Source: Lama glama
Lineage: Eukaryota
Length of the DNA: 64,000 bases
Direction of reading: 5' to 3'
NCBI GenBank assembly: GCA_028534125.1
Contig: CM052816.1
Span: 37,946,001 to 38,010,000, forward strand
In this document: piece by piece, positions 13,981 to 27,440 of the stretch
Layout of the letters: every line of letters starts with the position of its first letter
How positions within the stretch are numbered: the stretch's first letter is position 1
The notes under the pieces: model-generated
Database searches by the model: none
Seen by the model: the letters and a program-made list of their open reading frames with translations, nothing else
Told to the model about the DNA's origin: nothing
Program-made: the position numbers and the translations under genes

Positions 13981-14374
13981 ATTTCATTTACAAGACTCCA
14001 ATCAGTGAAATGGCCAAAAGGAAAAAAAAGAGAAAAGATATAAAATAAAGATAAACAAAACAACAATCTTTGAAGTATTAAGAGATATTATCTCCACAAC
14101 TGCACTTAATAATTAAGTCTTTGAATGCGTTTGAGAATAAAGATATGAATGTACATTTCCACCAGTTGGTCTGTTCTTGCATGTCCCATATATGTTTAGT
14201 TGAACATACTAATATGGGCTGTCTTAATCTTTACGGGCATCCTTTTTTCCCTATCAAAGTGGGAATACAGCGACATTTTTTTCTGCATATATGCTCTCTA
14301 TTATATGCAATGCATTCATATTTACACTCTACATAGATTTTTTAACACTCAGTGTTAAAGAAAAAAGCATACAG

Positions 14375-14517
14375 CATTAACATCACTAGACAGGTCTTCC
14401 AGACAGAAAATAAACAAGGCAACAGAGAAATTAAATACTACAATAGAAAAACTAGATTTGGTGGATATTTTCAGAGCTTTACACCCCCCAAAAATAGAAT
14501 ATACATTCTTTTCAAGT
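14375..14517 (+). mobile_element. Young L1 ORF2 endonuclease fragment abutting the assembly gap
   Basis: Open reading LTSLDRSSRQKINKATEKLNTTIEKLDLVDIFRALHPPKIEYTFFSS matches the L1 EN domain. Confidence 0.88.
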
Positions 14518-15017
14518 NNNNNNNNNNNNNNNNNNNNNNNNNNNNNNNNNNNNNNNNNNNNNNNNNNNNNNNNNNNNNNNNNNNNNNNNNNNNNNNNNNN
14601 NNNNNNNNNNNNNNNNNNNNNNNNNNNNNNNNNNNNNNNNNNNNNNNNNNNNNNNNNNNNNNNNNNNNNNNNNNNNNNNNNNNNNNNNNNNNNNNNNNNN
14701 NNNNNNNNNNNNNNNNNNNNNNNNNNNNNNNNNNNNNNNNNNNNNNNNNNNNNNNNNNNNNNNNNNNNNNNNNNNNNNNNNNNNNNNNNNNNNNNNNNNN
14801 NNNNNNNNNNNNNNNNNNNNNNNNNNNNNNNNNNNNNNNNNNNNNNNNNNNNNNNNNNNNNNNNNNNNNNNNNNNNNNNNNNNNNNNNNNNNNNNNNNNN
14901 NNNNNNNNNNNNNNNNNNNNNNNNNNNNNNNNNNNNNNNNNNNNNNNNNNNNNNNNNNNNNNNNNNNNNNNNNNNNNNNNNNNNNNNNNNNNNNNNNNNN
15001 NNNNNNNNNNNNNNNNN
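14518..15017. other. Assembly gap (500 N)
   Basis: Run of N; the X-rich ORFs across it are artefacts. Confidence 1.
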
Positions 15018-15597
15018 ACTGCACCCCAATGTTCATAGCAGCACTATTTACAATAGCCAAGACATGGAAACAGCCTAAATGTCCATCGACAGATGACTGG
15101 ATAAAGAAGAGGTGGTATATTTATACAATGGAATACTACTCAGCCATAAAAATGACAACATAACACCAATTGCAACAACATGGATGTTCCTGGAAAATGT
15201 CATTCTAAGTGAAGTTAGTCAGAAAGAGAAAGAAAAATACCATATGAGATCGCTCATATGTGGAATAAAAAAAAAAGAACATAAATACAAAACAGAAACA
15301 GACTCATAGACATAGAATACAAACTTGTTGTTGCCAAGGGGGGTAGGGGGTGGGAAGGGACAGACTGGGATTTCAAAATTTGTAGATATTGACAGGAATA
15401 TGCAGAATAGATAAACAAGTTTATACTGTATAGCACAGGGAAATATATACAAGATCTTGTGGTAGCTCACAGTGGAAAAAAAATGTGACAATGAATATAT
15501 GTATGATCATGTATAACTGAAAAATTGTGTCTACACTGGGATTTGACACAACATTGTAAAATGACTATAACTCCAAAAAATGTTAAAAAAAATAAAA
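15018..15597 (+). mobile_element. Young lineage-specific L1 3' end (ORF2 C-terminus, 3'UTR, A-rich tail)
   Basis: 'tgcaccccaatgttcatagcagcactatttacaatagccaagacatggaaacagcctaaatgtccatcgacagatgactggataaagaag', a G-rich 3'UTR tract and an A-rich tail. Confidence 0.95.
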
Positions 15598-15796
15598 GAT
15601 TTTAGAGGGAAAAAAAGAAAGTGAAAATCACAGACTAGTGAACTCTACTTGAACATGATTTAGAAGATAATGAAATTAAAATAATCATACTAAAGGTTTG
15701 GATGCTGGAATGAAGAATAAATTTGGCCTGAATATAGATGGAAGAAGTCAATTTTGAAGGACTGTAAAGGAAGTATAAATAAGATTCATTGATTAA

Positions 15797-16089
15797 AACA
15801 GAAACAGACTCACAGACATAGAAAACAAATTTATGGTTACCAACGGGGAAAGCAGGGGAAAGGAATAAATTGGGAGTTCAAGATTTGCAGATACTAACTG
15901 CTATATATAAAATAGATATACAAAAAGTCTCTTCTGTATAGCACAGGGAACTATATTCAATATCTTACAGTAAGCTATCATGAAAAAATATGAAAATGAA
16001 TATATGTATGTATACATATGACTGAAACATTATTCTGTACACTGGATATTGACACAGCATTGTAAACTGACTATACTTCAATTAAAAAG
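15797..16089 (+). mobile_element. 5'-truncated L1 3'UTR insertion with TSD
   Basis: 3'UTR sequence ends '...ctatacttcaattaaaaa'. Flanked by agattcattgattaa (15782-15796) and agatttattgattaa (16090-16104), 14/15 identical. Confidence 0.9.
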
Positions 16090-16799
16090 AGATTTATTGA
16101 TTAACTGACACTGAGGAAATATCAAAGGGTATAGTAATCTCTAAGAACCATTTTTGGGAGCAATACTGACAATGAGGAAATTTTAAGTGGAGGAGAATGA
16201 CATAATCTGATTTTGACTCATTACAGTTCTCTTGATGGTAAGTCATTTACAGTAAGAAAATCATTCATCTCTTAGCTCCTTAAGAATGAAGAACACATCT
16301 AATCTATCTTCGTATCACCAAAGTACTTATCAAAATTCATGACATACACCAGGCAATCAATTCATTATAGAAAATTTTTATAATTACATAAACACAATAA
16401 AACAAATTATGTGGAAGGATTTTTTTAAAGTAAGTGAAAATCTCCTTTAATTTTATTTTGCCAGAGCAAAACTACTTCAAAAATTTAATAAACAGTCTTA
16501 CCCATTGCTTTTTCCTCTGGAATCATGTTTATATCCTTTATAATTTATCTTATTTAGTTACATTAAATCACAGTATTTTTCTATATCAACACATTAAATT
16601 TTTCATCTCATTTTTAATGACTGGTTTGTACTCAGTTTCATGTATTTCTCTAGTGCTGGATATTTAGTTTTGTTTTTCCAATTTTGTCTATCATAAACAG
16701 TAAAACAATAAACACAACGTGCGATCTTATATACACATACATCCTTTTCCCCTGTCAAATTTTAAGAATTTTCTTAAGATAAATTCTTAAAAATATCTC

Positions 16800-17300
16800 C
16801 CAACCCATCACCCCTTTCTAACTTACATTATTTCTCAACCCAGCAGCTAGCCAGAGTAATCCCATAAAAAAAGGCCAGATTGCATCAGCCCTCTGAACAA
16901 AACTCTCTGTTCATTCTTCATTTCACCCAGAATAAAAGCCAAAATATTTATGGTGTCACAGAGCTCTAGTATATTCTTGGGTGAAGCATGCATCCTCCTC
17001 AGAACTGCTGCTTGGAACAGTTTATCCTGTGATATGAGCTGATTTACATCTTGATTTGCTTCATATCTTTTCTAAAACAACTGCCTATGTAGGCCTTACC
17101 TGACTAACAATACTCTCCTTAATTCTGTTTATTTTCATGCATCATTTCCTAGCATATTTTTTGTTATTTTTTCCCTTTTCTTTCCTTCACTGGAATATAA
17201 TCTCTTTAAGGGCAGATAACATACCAGTTTTGTCTACTGTCATATCCCTGCACACAAAACACCCCAGCAGCCTAAGAATGAAAGAGTGAACAAATGCATG
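16800..17300 (+). mobile_element. L2 remnant
   Basis: 'tttctcaacccagcagctagccagagtaatcc...atttcacccagaataaaagccaaaat...cactggaatataatctctttaagggcag', an L2 3' pattern. Confidence 0.6.
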
Positions 17301-17417
17301 GAATATAAGCTGGGGTCAGCTCAGTAAGAGCTATATCAGCAAGAAACACAGGATATCTTGTATAAAAGTTGTATAGGTAGTCACCGGCACACATTGAAAC
17401 GTTTCAGAGGGTTTTTT

Positions 17418-17590
17418 AAATTATTATTATTTTTTTAAATTGAAGTATAGTCAGTTACAATGTGTCAATTTCTGGTGTGCAGCATAATGTCCTAGTCATA
17501 TACATACACACACACACACACACATATATTCATTTTCATATTCTTTTTAATTGAAAGTTATTATAAGATATTGAATATAGTTCCCTGTGT
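17418..17590 (-). mobile_element. Short L1 3' end with internal (CA)n
   Basis: 'ttttttaaattgaagtatagtcagttacaatgtgtcaatttctggtgtgcagcataat' is the reverse complement of the L1 3' ends at 16030-16088 and 63440-63490. Confidence 0.88.
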
Positions 17591-20500
17591 GGAGGTTTAG
17601 ATTAAAAAATAGATAATAGTATGGCATTCATTCATTTATTCAATAATTCTTTTGAGTGCCAATATGTGCCTAGCCATGTGTTCAGCGTAAGATGCGCCAA
17701 AATGAAAAGGACTGGCAGAGTTCTTGCTGGGACTTGAGATTTCACTTTGATGAAGGAAAATTCAATTGCGGTTTAAGAAAGATCACTAGCGGGGGCAGAG
17801 GATGTCCTGGGGACGTGGGGGACTGGACGGAGGGCACGAGTCCAGAGCTTTTCATTCTAGGAGTGTGAGCTGGAGCCACAGCAACCAGTATAAGGGAAAG
17901 GAAGAATCAGAAGAGCCTTTCTTCTACTTAACACCTGTAACTTAGTGAAGGTGCTACTGTGAGTAGACGATCGTCATCCTGAACATGCCATAATGAAGAG
18001 TGTAGGGAACAATACTGATCCAGGCCCCTGACAGTTTAATTCAAGACTAGTTAGCAAAAATGTCAGGAGCTTGCGGATTCCCTGAACTCCACCCACAAGC
18101 AGATTAAAACAACAGACATACTCTCTTGGGCTTATGTGTGATCAGCTAAGGAAAAAGGTGGGTCACTTCTGAGCCGCTCTGGGCAGTTGGTGGAGATGAT
18201 GACGCTCACTGCTGGAATGCCTTGCCTAATACCTGTGTTGACCCAACTGAGGAACAGGATAATCCAAGTTTGAATTACTCATTCCAAAGGTCTGTCTGTA
18301 ATGCTTGGATGGATTTCTTAGCCTCCACATGCATTTCCCCCTGGACGCTGATGTTTCCGTAATACATGCCTGACAATCGTCACACACAACCCTCCATATT
18401 CCTAGTCTTCTGGTTTTAACAAAGTGAGATTCTTGTCTAAATACTCTTATTCTGTTGCTTACTTACTTGTTCCTCTTCATTAGGGAGTACCTGAATGGGG
18501 GTTAAATTTCACTTCTGATTTAAATGTGCTTAATACATATTATAAAGCAATATGTGGGAGACTGAGTCTCTGACTTCCCTCTCTTCTCACTGGACTACTG
18601 TGATGTTCGCACCAGTGCTGGGTACGTGTGTCTGTGCTAATACTCAGATTAATCCTCAGGTGAGGATTAATTTTAAAGCCTAGACCTGGGAGCTAAGAAG
18701 AACTAGTAGAACAGTTGGGTTTTCATACTAAATCTATTCTTCAATATTAATTTTATCAGTAAAGACAAGGTGAATTAAAAAAAAAGTTATCTACTTAATT
18801 CCTGCTAATTCCTATGATTCACAAATAGAAAAGAACTCACAATCCCTTCCCCCACGAAAAAATCAAGAGCCCATTTGCTGATGGCTTCAAACTTTAACAC
18901 CAGTCACCCAAATAAACAGAGATCCCCAGTCCTTCTGAACTGAGGCAGGAGTAAGGTTGTAAAGGCTAGAGTCTCAGTAAAGAGCATCTTCCACTTCGCA
19001 TTTACCATACAAGCTCACATTCCTCCTGTTGGCTCATAGGCAGCTTCCTAGTCTCTCCCTGCCTCACTCTCCCAGTACAACCCCCACATGATATGGAGGC
19101 CTGGGTTCTAACCAGGGCTATGCTGGGGTAGAAATTAAGTGTCTACAAGAAGATAACGGCAGGACTTGTAAGGAGGGCAAGGTTTTATAAATGGATCTTT
19201 GACCTAAATTATTAAAGTTCCAAGAGAAATAGAATCTCAATGATAATGAAGTTGCATAATTGTTTTTGAGATGACTGAATGAATAAAAGAAAGGAGACTC
19301 CCTTTTTGGCCTCAGCAGGGAATACAGGAGAAGAAGGAAGGAGAAAATATTAATGGGGCACTCATCTATGCAAGGTATTATGTTGAGCACTTTAATTTAG
19401 ATGATGTAACCTATCCTATGTATGCCATGGGATTTTATTCCATTAAGTTACTTAATCCTTCCCTCATTCCAAGTGAGATTTTAAAGCGTATTTTTACTGA
19501 TACATGCTGCAAGACAGGAACAAAATAAATTAAGATAAAAATAAAAATATAATAAATGAATTAAATAGTCATATTTTAGATAAGGCTAGTATGAAATAAT
19601 GCATAAAAAAGAATTCAGACTATTCTACAGTTGGGCTAGAAATTTGGCTAGGAGCAGCTGGGCAGTGAAATCAAAGTGTGGGATAAGTTTAGTTACATTA
19701 CATAGTTTCTATTTTAAAAAAAGAAGTTAAAAAGAAACACCACAGCTTTTCCTGGCACTGAGAACAGGAAAAAAAAAAATTTTCCCCATGGATCCTATTA
19801 AGATGAGAAGGCCTTTTTTTTTTTTTATTCCCAGTATATAGTGGAAGAAACTGCAAGTCATACAGCGTAATGAATTTGTGAAGGTAACAAAAGTTTGATG
19901 TTAAGCTCTTATCCAACTTTGATTCTAAAAGATGTATGGTTTCCTACTCTGTCATGTGTTTAATCAAACTCACTGATCAAGCAAGAAATAACACTAAATA
20001 AACAACTGTATTTCACAACCAAGTACACTCTTCAAGTTACTGCCTCAACCAACATTAACAAATGACTCCATGCTTCCTGCATTTCTGCTGAATACTAGTC
20101 CCACTGAGAGAGATATCATATATATATATATATAATGAGAATGCCATGATTATAATCAGGCTAAAGCATGTTCTCTTTTCAGTAGTCATTAGTTTGGAGA
20201 CTACTGAGATTGTTCACCAGGTCCCGTCCCCTAATCTGTGGTTCATTAAGCACCCCGTGGAAGGGAAGAAGAAGAAAGAGTATGATCTCACAGGAGTACT
20301 GCCCCATCTTTGCCTCCAGTTTTTTCTCTGACCTCAAAAATAATCTCAATTCTAATTATTATTCCTCTAGAAAGGAGAAAGTTTCAGGCAAAGTGATGCA
20401 ATGTAAAATAGTTCTGTGCAGTCCAAATGAAATGATGAACAAAACAGTTACGAGAAGATAAGTCCAATTGCTGCAGGAGAAGAAAACACTTGACTTTCTG

Positions 20501-20601
20501 GAAAGGCAGAATAGGAAGTCTTCGATTAAATTAAAACCCCTCACCTTTATATGGTGAGAGTTTCATCCTTTTATTAAACAAACACGAGCAGTGTCTTTTA
20601 C

Positions 20602-20711
20602 CTGCTTTCCCAGTAATGGTTCTGGTTTCCCGATTTTCGGGGCTTTAAGTGTCAGGTTGTGGTTTTGTGATGCAAAATGACGATAATTGCAGTTTCTTTT
20701 ATTATCTAACA
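20602..20711 (-). other. Candidate exon (110 or 104 nt)
   Basis: Weak acceptor aatttag|TG (alternatively tgttag|AT), donor CAG|gtaaaa. Open frame LDNKRNCNYRHFASQNHNLTLKAPKIGKPEPLLGKQ. Confidence 0.22.
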
Positions 20712-21587
20712 CTAAATTATAGAGTTTCTATTAAATACTTATTAACTAAAGCATTTAAAATAGATCAAGAATAAGGGAGGAAATATCTATTTTCTTCATT
20801 TCCTTATGGTTTACAAAATGGGGTCGAGATGACTTTCATTTTCAGCAATAACAAATATAAATAATTTATACATATCGACATTTTATACTTCTGATTTAGT
20901 TATTTTTTATTTTCCTGGTATATAATCATTACCCCAGAAGATACTTTATGTGGCCAGCAATTAACGCATAATACACCTGAAGTTTAAATGTTCTTTTAAG
21001 AGGAATTAATGCACTTATATCAAAGACTTCAAAAAATATTAAAAGTTCCCATTTTCTTCAGATATTCTAAATAACTGCTAAATAAACATATTTAATGTTC
21101 TTATCTATTCCCTTGGCTTAACATTTTTGTCGTGTAATCTGTATTGCTGCCCCGAGCAAGCAGCAAGCAGCAGGGCTGCAGCCCTTAGCCCTGGGGCGCA
21201 ACAGCCGTCCGCAAAGTCACACACACTTCCCGCTCGCTAACTCCAATAGTCTTGTCCTCCTTGAGTATATTTATTTATATGTTTTTAATACTAAGTACTG
21301 TAGAATATTTAAAATATGTTAGGCCCTCTGTAAAGCCCAGACTCTCCTAGATTACATCCTGAGGTTCAGTAACCTTCCTGATGTCTTTACTGGCCTCTTC
21401 CAGGTTTAACTCTCACTCACTGAAACCAAATGGGATCTCATCATGTACAGATTACCATATAATCCCCCAACGGTTTTGCTGCTGGATTTATATAATATTT
21501 AAGACAGGAGGAGGTCGGGGGCTCTCTGCACTGGCTCATTTTATTGAAGCCAACACAGACGGACGAATGAATTTTTTTTTTCTAGAG

Positions 21588-21784
21588 CAGCAATGTGCCT
21601 TGCACCTTTCCACACTGATCGAAATGTTCTGGATCAGCTCTGTGCAGTATGGCAGCCACTAGCTACCTGCAGCCACTGAGCACGTGGAATGGGCTAGTAG
21701 TATTAGGGAACTGCATTTCTAATTCAATTAATTCTAATTTAAATAGCCACCTGTGGCTAGTGGTTACATTACTGAACAGAGCAT
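21588..21784. mobile_element. MER3-like hAT-Charlie MITE
   Basis: 'gtatggcagccactagctacctgcagccactgagcacgtggaatgggctagt...aaatagccacctgtggctagtggttac'. The 8-bp TSD-like flanks are ttctagag (21580-21587) and ttgtagag (21785-21792). Confidence 0.85.
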
Positions 21785-22221
21785 TTGTAGAGCATGCCTT
21801 TTCTATATAATCGCTTCCAGACACATATCGAACTTTCACACCTTCAATGTAAAGCAAACAAGAAAAGCCTCTCAGTCTCCACTGTCACTTGTCTCATCCC
21901 CCATTTACTCCTTCAGTCTGGCTTCTGTGCCTGCCAATACACAGAAATACGTGGATATAAGGTCATCCGTGCTCTCAGTATTGCCAAACCGCTGACATCT
22001 GACACTGTGTTATTTCTCTCTTTTCTCTTACCTCCTTTAGCTTCTGAGTCACACTCGTCCTGGGTTTCCTCTTACTTCTCTGGTCTGTTGATCCATTTCT
22101 TCACGAATAATGCCTTTCCTATGAGTGTCTGCAATGTGCTAGGATTTTGGGTCATGAGAAAAAGGACATTTTTCTAGTCACGTACAGCATAGAGTCTGTG
22201 GTGCTCATTTTTTTTAAAAAT

Positions 22222-22439
22222 CAGTAATGTTCAAACTAACTGGACCACAACTGAGAAATATGCTTTTCTTTGTAACGCAGTATGCATGTATGTGTAAATA
22301 CATTCATAATAAAAGTTTCAGGAAAAGATCTTTACTCAAATTATATGCAAAGCATATTAATAATTTCTGTACTGTTTTTTAATGCTGGTGGAGACCTATT
22401 CTGCTGACTTCATGCCTCATTCAGGGTTTGAAAGTCCTG
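22222..22439. mobile_element. hAT-Charlie-like non-autonomous DNA transposon
   Basis: Imperfect terminal inverted repeats cagtaatgttcaaac / gtttgaaagtcctg. Confidence 0.55.
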
Positions 22440-22898
22440 CCTTGAACCCCAGCTCTCCCCAAGCCCTGATGCCAGCCTTTGACTATCCCATGCAGAGCCA
22501 TCACCCAAGTGCATGGTTCCAGTCCTCATCCATGGCTCCCTCCTCCTTGGAATCCTTTCCCCATCCAGGCTCCTCAGAGATCACCATATGAGATCCAGCG
22601 GACTTTTAGACCACTGTGTCTTTCAGGGTTGCCTCTTACTCACTGGGTACAAATCTGATTTCATAGCTTTTCCCCAAATCCTGTTCCTTCTCCTATATTT
22701 ACTTTGTTGGTGAATGGTTCTCCCATCCACCCGGTTACCCTAAGGAGAAACCTAGGAGACACTAAATGCATACCCCTCTCATCACTGCATCACATCAAAT
22801 GTCTTGGTAAGAGTCCTCCTCTCCTTTCACTGCCATTGCTGCAACTTAGACCCTCTGCATTTCTATCCCAGATAACGTACCTCGTGGGTCTTCTAAAT

Positions 22899-23080
22899 CA
22901 TCTCTGTCCAACAGAACTTTTAGAGATAATGGAACTCTGTATCTGCATTGTCTAATATGGTAGTCAAAAACCCTGTGTGAGCTCTTGAGAACTTAAAAGG
23001 TGGCTAGTGCAACTGTAGAATTAAAAATTTAGGTTTAAATAGCCATATGTGACTAGCGACTAATGTACTGGACAGCACAG
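22899..23080. mobile_element. MER3-like hAT-Charlie MITE inserted in an L2 remnant
   Basis: 'ctgtccaacagaacttt...gataatggaactctgtatctgcattgtctaatatggtag...aaatagccatatgtgactagcgactaatgtactggacagcacag'. Flanks (~22560-22900) look L2-like. Confidence 0.82.
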
Positions 23081-24474
23081 GTCTACCTGATCCCCCAACA
23101 CAAGTATACCCCTTTCCAGTCCCTGGAACAACCAAACAACCAACCCCTGAAAAAAAATTCTGCTTCTCATTCTTTTGCCACTACATTTGTGGCAAAAAAA
23201 TTTTTTTTCAAGAATATTCAGTTTTTAAGTATCTATCTTCAAAATTCGTCAGAAATCTGACAAGGTTTTAGGCATTTGTGTGTTATCTACAACATATTAT
23301 TTTTAATATTAAATAAAATTTAAATGTCTTACTATATATATACTGATGTATTCATATTCAAAATTAAGCAGATTTTTAAATTAATGATTTTGCTAATGGC
23401 AGGACTATAGTGTTTAGTCAATTTTATTTCCTGATTTATGTATATATACCTTCAAAAGACTAAGGGATAACATTAAAGACAATTTTTTTTGTATTTTACT
23501 GTTATCCATATTCTATTATTTTGAAAAGTCCATAATCAGGGAAAGGGTAAATAATTTTATTTATATATATGTATAAAATAATATATATATGTATTTCTCC
23601 ATGTATCCAAGATAAAGGTTTTGGAAGTTTGAAATTGTCCAGTAAACAGGAGCTACATCTCTGCCCAAGAGAAAAAGGCATTGAGAAATCGAAGTACCAC
23701 CTTTATTACTGATAAAGGTTAATTAAGAGGGCATGCTGTAATGGGAGATCTAAATGGATCTGCTTGGATTCTAAAGGAACAACTCACAAAAGGAACATTT
23801 TAGTCTGCGTGCAGACAAACTTACCCAATTCACTATCTCACAGCTGATAAATGTGGAAAAGAAAAATAGACTAAGCTCCCAACTAAGGTCCGAATCATGG
23901 AGTGTAGACCAAAGGTTACTGCCCCCCAGGAAACTCACTTTCTCTACACTGAGAGGGCCATTACTGGAAATGTTAGGGAAAAAGTCCTCATTTTGCAACA
24001 TGTGGATATATTCCCATCTTAACATACTCTAGCTTGTTCATCTATCTCATTGAGTTTAATGATTAAGCCTATTTGCTCTCCAAATGCTACACATCGTCTA
24101 TTTGTGGCCAAATGCACAAAATTCAATTGCATTAACCTCTCAATTGTACCAACCCAGCAGTTACTAACAACCCTGAATGATCATAGCCCCTGGCCTCCCT
24201 GAGGCAGGTGCCTTTAAACACCTCTGAACACCACATGATGAGAGGAGAAGAGGCGAGTAAACCACTCGTGCCCTATTTCTCTTTTATGTTTAGCTATCAA
24301 GGCTTTTATTTCAACTCCATGGAAAAGAGTGAGAGAAATCCATCTTCATGGAAATCTGAAGAATTATTTCCTTCAACAATTTATAACACAGACTTATGTT
24401 TTAAATGAAGTCATTTATATATGACAATCTACTAGAGAAAGAATGAGATTAAGTAGAAGAAACAATGAGAACTG

Positions 24475-24625
24475 AGAATCAGAAGACCTGGTTTGGCCCA
24501 GGTCCAGCAGCAAGATGCCAGGCATTGTCCTAGTGATTTTGGCTCTTAGAGCCATAGTCTCTTAGCCAGTAAAATAAAAGGCTTGAATCCCAGAGAACTT
24601 CTGAGTAACTTTATAACCTTTACCA
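24475..24625 (+). mobile_element. MIR remnant
   Basis: 'gaatcagaagacctggtttg...tctcttagccagtaaaataaaagg', MIR core-like. Confidence 0.45.
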
Positions 24626-25177
24626 TATGTCTATGCTTGCATTCCCAAACATATGATAAGCTTCTCAGTGATAAGAATATTGCACAGCTTTTGCAACCTC
24701 AGCTACCAGAATGATTTCCTTTACACGTTAGAAACTCAATGTTTATTCTCTCTTCTTGATATTTAAACAAGAGTAAATTTGGTAAAATCTAACCCTCATC
24801 AATCTTTCATTTCCTGATTCTGTGATATGCTACTGAAAATAGGAGTTGTGTGATTTGCACACAGAAAGGGAAATAAGACAGTTATCAGTCACAGTCTGGC
24901 TTCATCACATACTTGATTTGACCTCTGATGATCTCTCTATGCACTTTTCTAATGGTAAGAATATGGACTGAAATACACTTTGCCTGAGTAAATTTAATTT
25001 GCGCTAAAAGATAAATATATGTATCATTATCTCTCTTCTGAACAACTACAGTATTACATTTCCCAAAAACCCTACTGCCAAACTGACATTTTTAATAAAA
25101 GCAAATATTTATAATACTTAGCACTTACACTCAGACATTGTTCTAAATTATTTAAAATATATTACCTCACTATTCTT

Positions 25178-25820
25178 TGAAAATAGACTTACCCCATGAT
25201 GCAGTACTCCCACCCCTGGGCATATATCTGGAGGAAATCCTAATTTTCAAAGATACATGCACCCAGTGTTCACAGCAGCACTATTTACAATAGTCAAGAC
25301 ATGGAAGCAACTTAAATGTCCAACAGCAGATGACTGGATAAACAAGTTGTCATATAATTATATGACAGAACACTACTCAGCCACAAAAAAGAATAAAATA
25401 ATGCCACTGACAGCAACATAGATAGACCTGGAGATTGTCATACTAAGTGAAGTAAACTGGAAAGAGAAAAAAAATACCATATGATATCACTTATATGTTG
25501 AATCTAAAAAAAAAAAGTGTGGGGGGAGACACAAATGAACTTATTTACAAAACAGAAACAGACTCGCAAGCATAGAAAACAAACTTATGGTTACCAGGGA
25601 AGAAAGAGGGTAGGGGGTATCATTGGGAGTTAGGGATTTGTAGATGCTAACAACTATATATAAAACAGATAAAGAATAAGGTTGCACTGTATAGCACCAG
25701 GAACTATATGCAATACCTTGTAATGGCCTACAATGAAAATGAGTATATATATAACTGAATCACTATGCTGTACACCAGAATTAACACAACATTGTAAATA
25801 GACTACTTCAATAAAAAAAA
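25178..25820 (+). mobile_element. 5'-truncated L1 3' end
   Basis: 'aaaatagacttaccccatgatgcagtactcccacccctgggcatatatctgga...cacagcagcactatttacaatagtcaagacatggaagcaac', ending 'cttcaataaaaaaaa'. Confidence 0.93.
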
Positions 25821-25849
25821 TTCTCTAGTAGCTCTTTATAACCTTAAGG

Positions 25850-27440
25850 AAAAAAATGTTATTTTCTCTTGGTATAGTCTGCCTTCCTGCTAAATATGAG
25901 TCCATATTTATTCCTCCAAACCTGTCTACTGCCACATGGATTATCGTTACCTAGTCCCCTTGCATATCTGCAAACTTCACCTCCAACAGAGAGAAATTTG
26001 GCTCTCAGTACCTCCATCTATTTACTTAATTTTACAGTTACAGTATTCCTATGTGGTACTTTCAAGGGAAGTAAGTTTATCAACTAGAGTTCAACATTTA
26101 TGTAGAGTTACTTTTATTCTTATTCTTACAGACTCCGTTCACTTCCCAAGTTATTTAGGTTACATGAGGTTCCCAATGGCCTACAAAGAGGCTCCTTACC
26201 ACCTTTAAAACACAGTTATACTGGTCACATTCTTTCTTCCGCGCTGGGTCCTCGGACTGCCTATGTGATTTATTTTTAATTTGCATACAGTAATACTCAC
26301 TCTTTCTGTTGTAAAGAAAACAAATAAGTTTTGACAAATTCATAATTTTATATATTCACCATTACATTATCATATAGAGTAGTTTTATCAGCCTATAAAA
26401 TCCTACACTTGACCTATATAAAGCCCTCTACTCTGAATTCCTGGAAACCGATAACCCATTTATCACTTGTATGCCTCTGCCTTTTCCAGAATGTCATATA
26501 ACTTCATACAGTATTAGTATTTTTAGACTGTTTCTTTTAAACTTAATCAATATACATTTAAGATTTATCAAAGTCTTTCCAAGGCTTAATAGCTCATTTC
26601 TTCCTAATATTGAATAGTATTCTGTGTTATGGTTGTGAAAGAGTTGTTTATCCATTTACCTATTGAAGTACATCTTGATTATTTCCAGTTTATAGTGATT
26701 ATGAATAAAAATGCTATAAATGTCTGTGGGTAGGTTTATGTTTGAACATAAATTTTCAAATCAATACCTAGGGATACTACTGTGGGATGATATGGTTAAG
26801 ACTATGTTTAGTTTTATAAGAAATTGCCAAACTTCCTTCCAAAATGGCTGTTCCATTTTGAAATCTCATCAACACTAAAGGAAAGTTCCCTTTGCTCTGC
26901 ATCAACACCAAAAGTTAGGATTGTCAGTTTTTTAGATTTTAGCCATTCTAACCGGTGTGTAGCATTGACTCATTGTTTTAACTGGCATTTTCCCAGTAAA
27001 AAGTGCTATTGAGCATCTTTTGATATGCTTTTTTGCCATCTGTTTACCTTTTCTGATGAGGTGTAAGTTCAGATCTTTTGCCCAGTTTTAACTGGGTTGT
27101 TATTTTCTTTGTGTTAGTTTAACAACTTCATACATATTGGATAAAAATACTTCATCAGATGTGTTTTGCAAATATTTTTCTCTAGTATATGGCTTCTTGT
27201 CTTTTATACTCTTAATAGTATCATTTGTAGACCAGAACTTTTAAAATTTCAATAAAATTCAATTTATCAATTTTTCTTTCATAAGAAGTTTTGCTTTTAG
27301 TATTGTATCAAAAATTTATTACCAAATCCAAAGCATTGATTTTTCTCTTGTGTTTTCTTTAAAAATTTTTATAGTTTTCCATTTAAATTTATGACCCATT
27401 TTAAGTTAATATTTTTATACATGTATGTCCAATTATTCCA
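25850..27440 (-). mobile_element. Old L1 (L1MB/MC-like) 3' region
   Basis: 'gtttatccatttacctattgaagtacatcttgattatttccagttt...gaaattgccaaacttccttccaaaatggctgttccattttg...ttagccattcta' is antisense L1 ORF2 C-terminus/3'UTR. Confidence 0.85.

Noticed and set aside
14341..14359. Palindrome tttaacact-c-agtgttaaa
   Set aside because: Short and AT-rich; no supporting context.
14352..15078. Four long ORFs of 182-228 aa
   Set aside because: They consist mostly of X from the N gap; the real ends are L1 sequence.
23173..23197. Hairpin ttttgccac-tacattt-gtggcaaaa resembling the MADE1 centre
   Set aside because: Only 9-bp arms, no mariner TIRs; expected by chance.
23820..23965. Possible 19-nt and 25-nt minus-strand micro-exons
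   Set aside because: Splice-like motifs only, with no frame or homology support.
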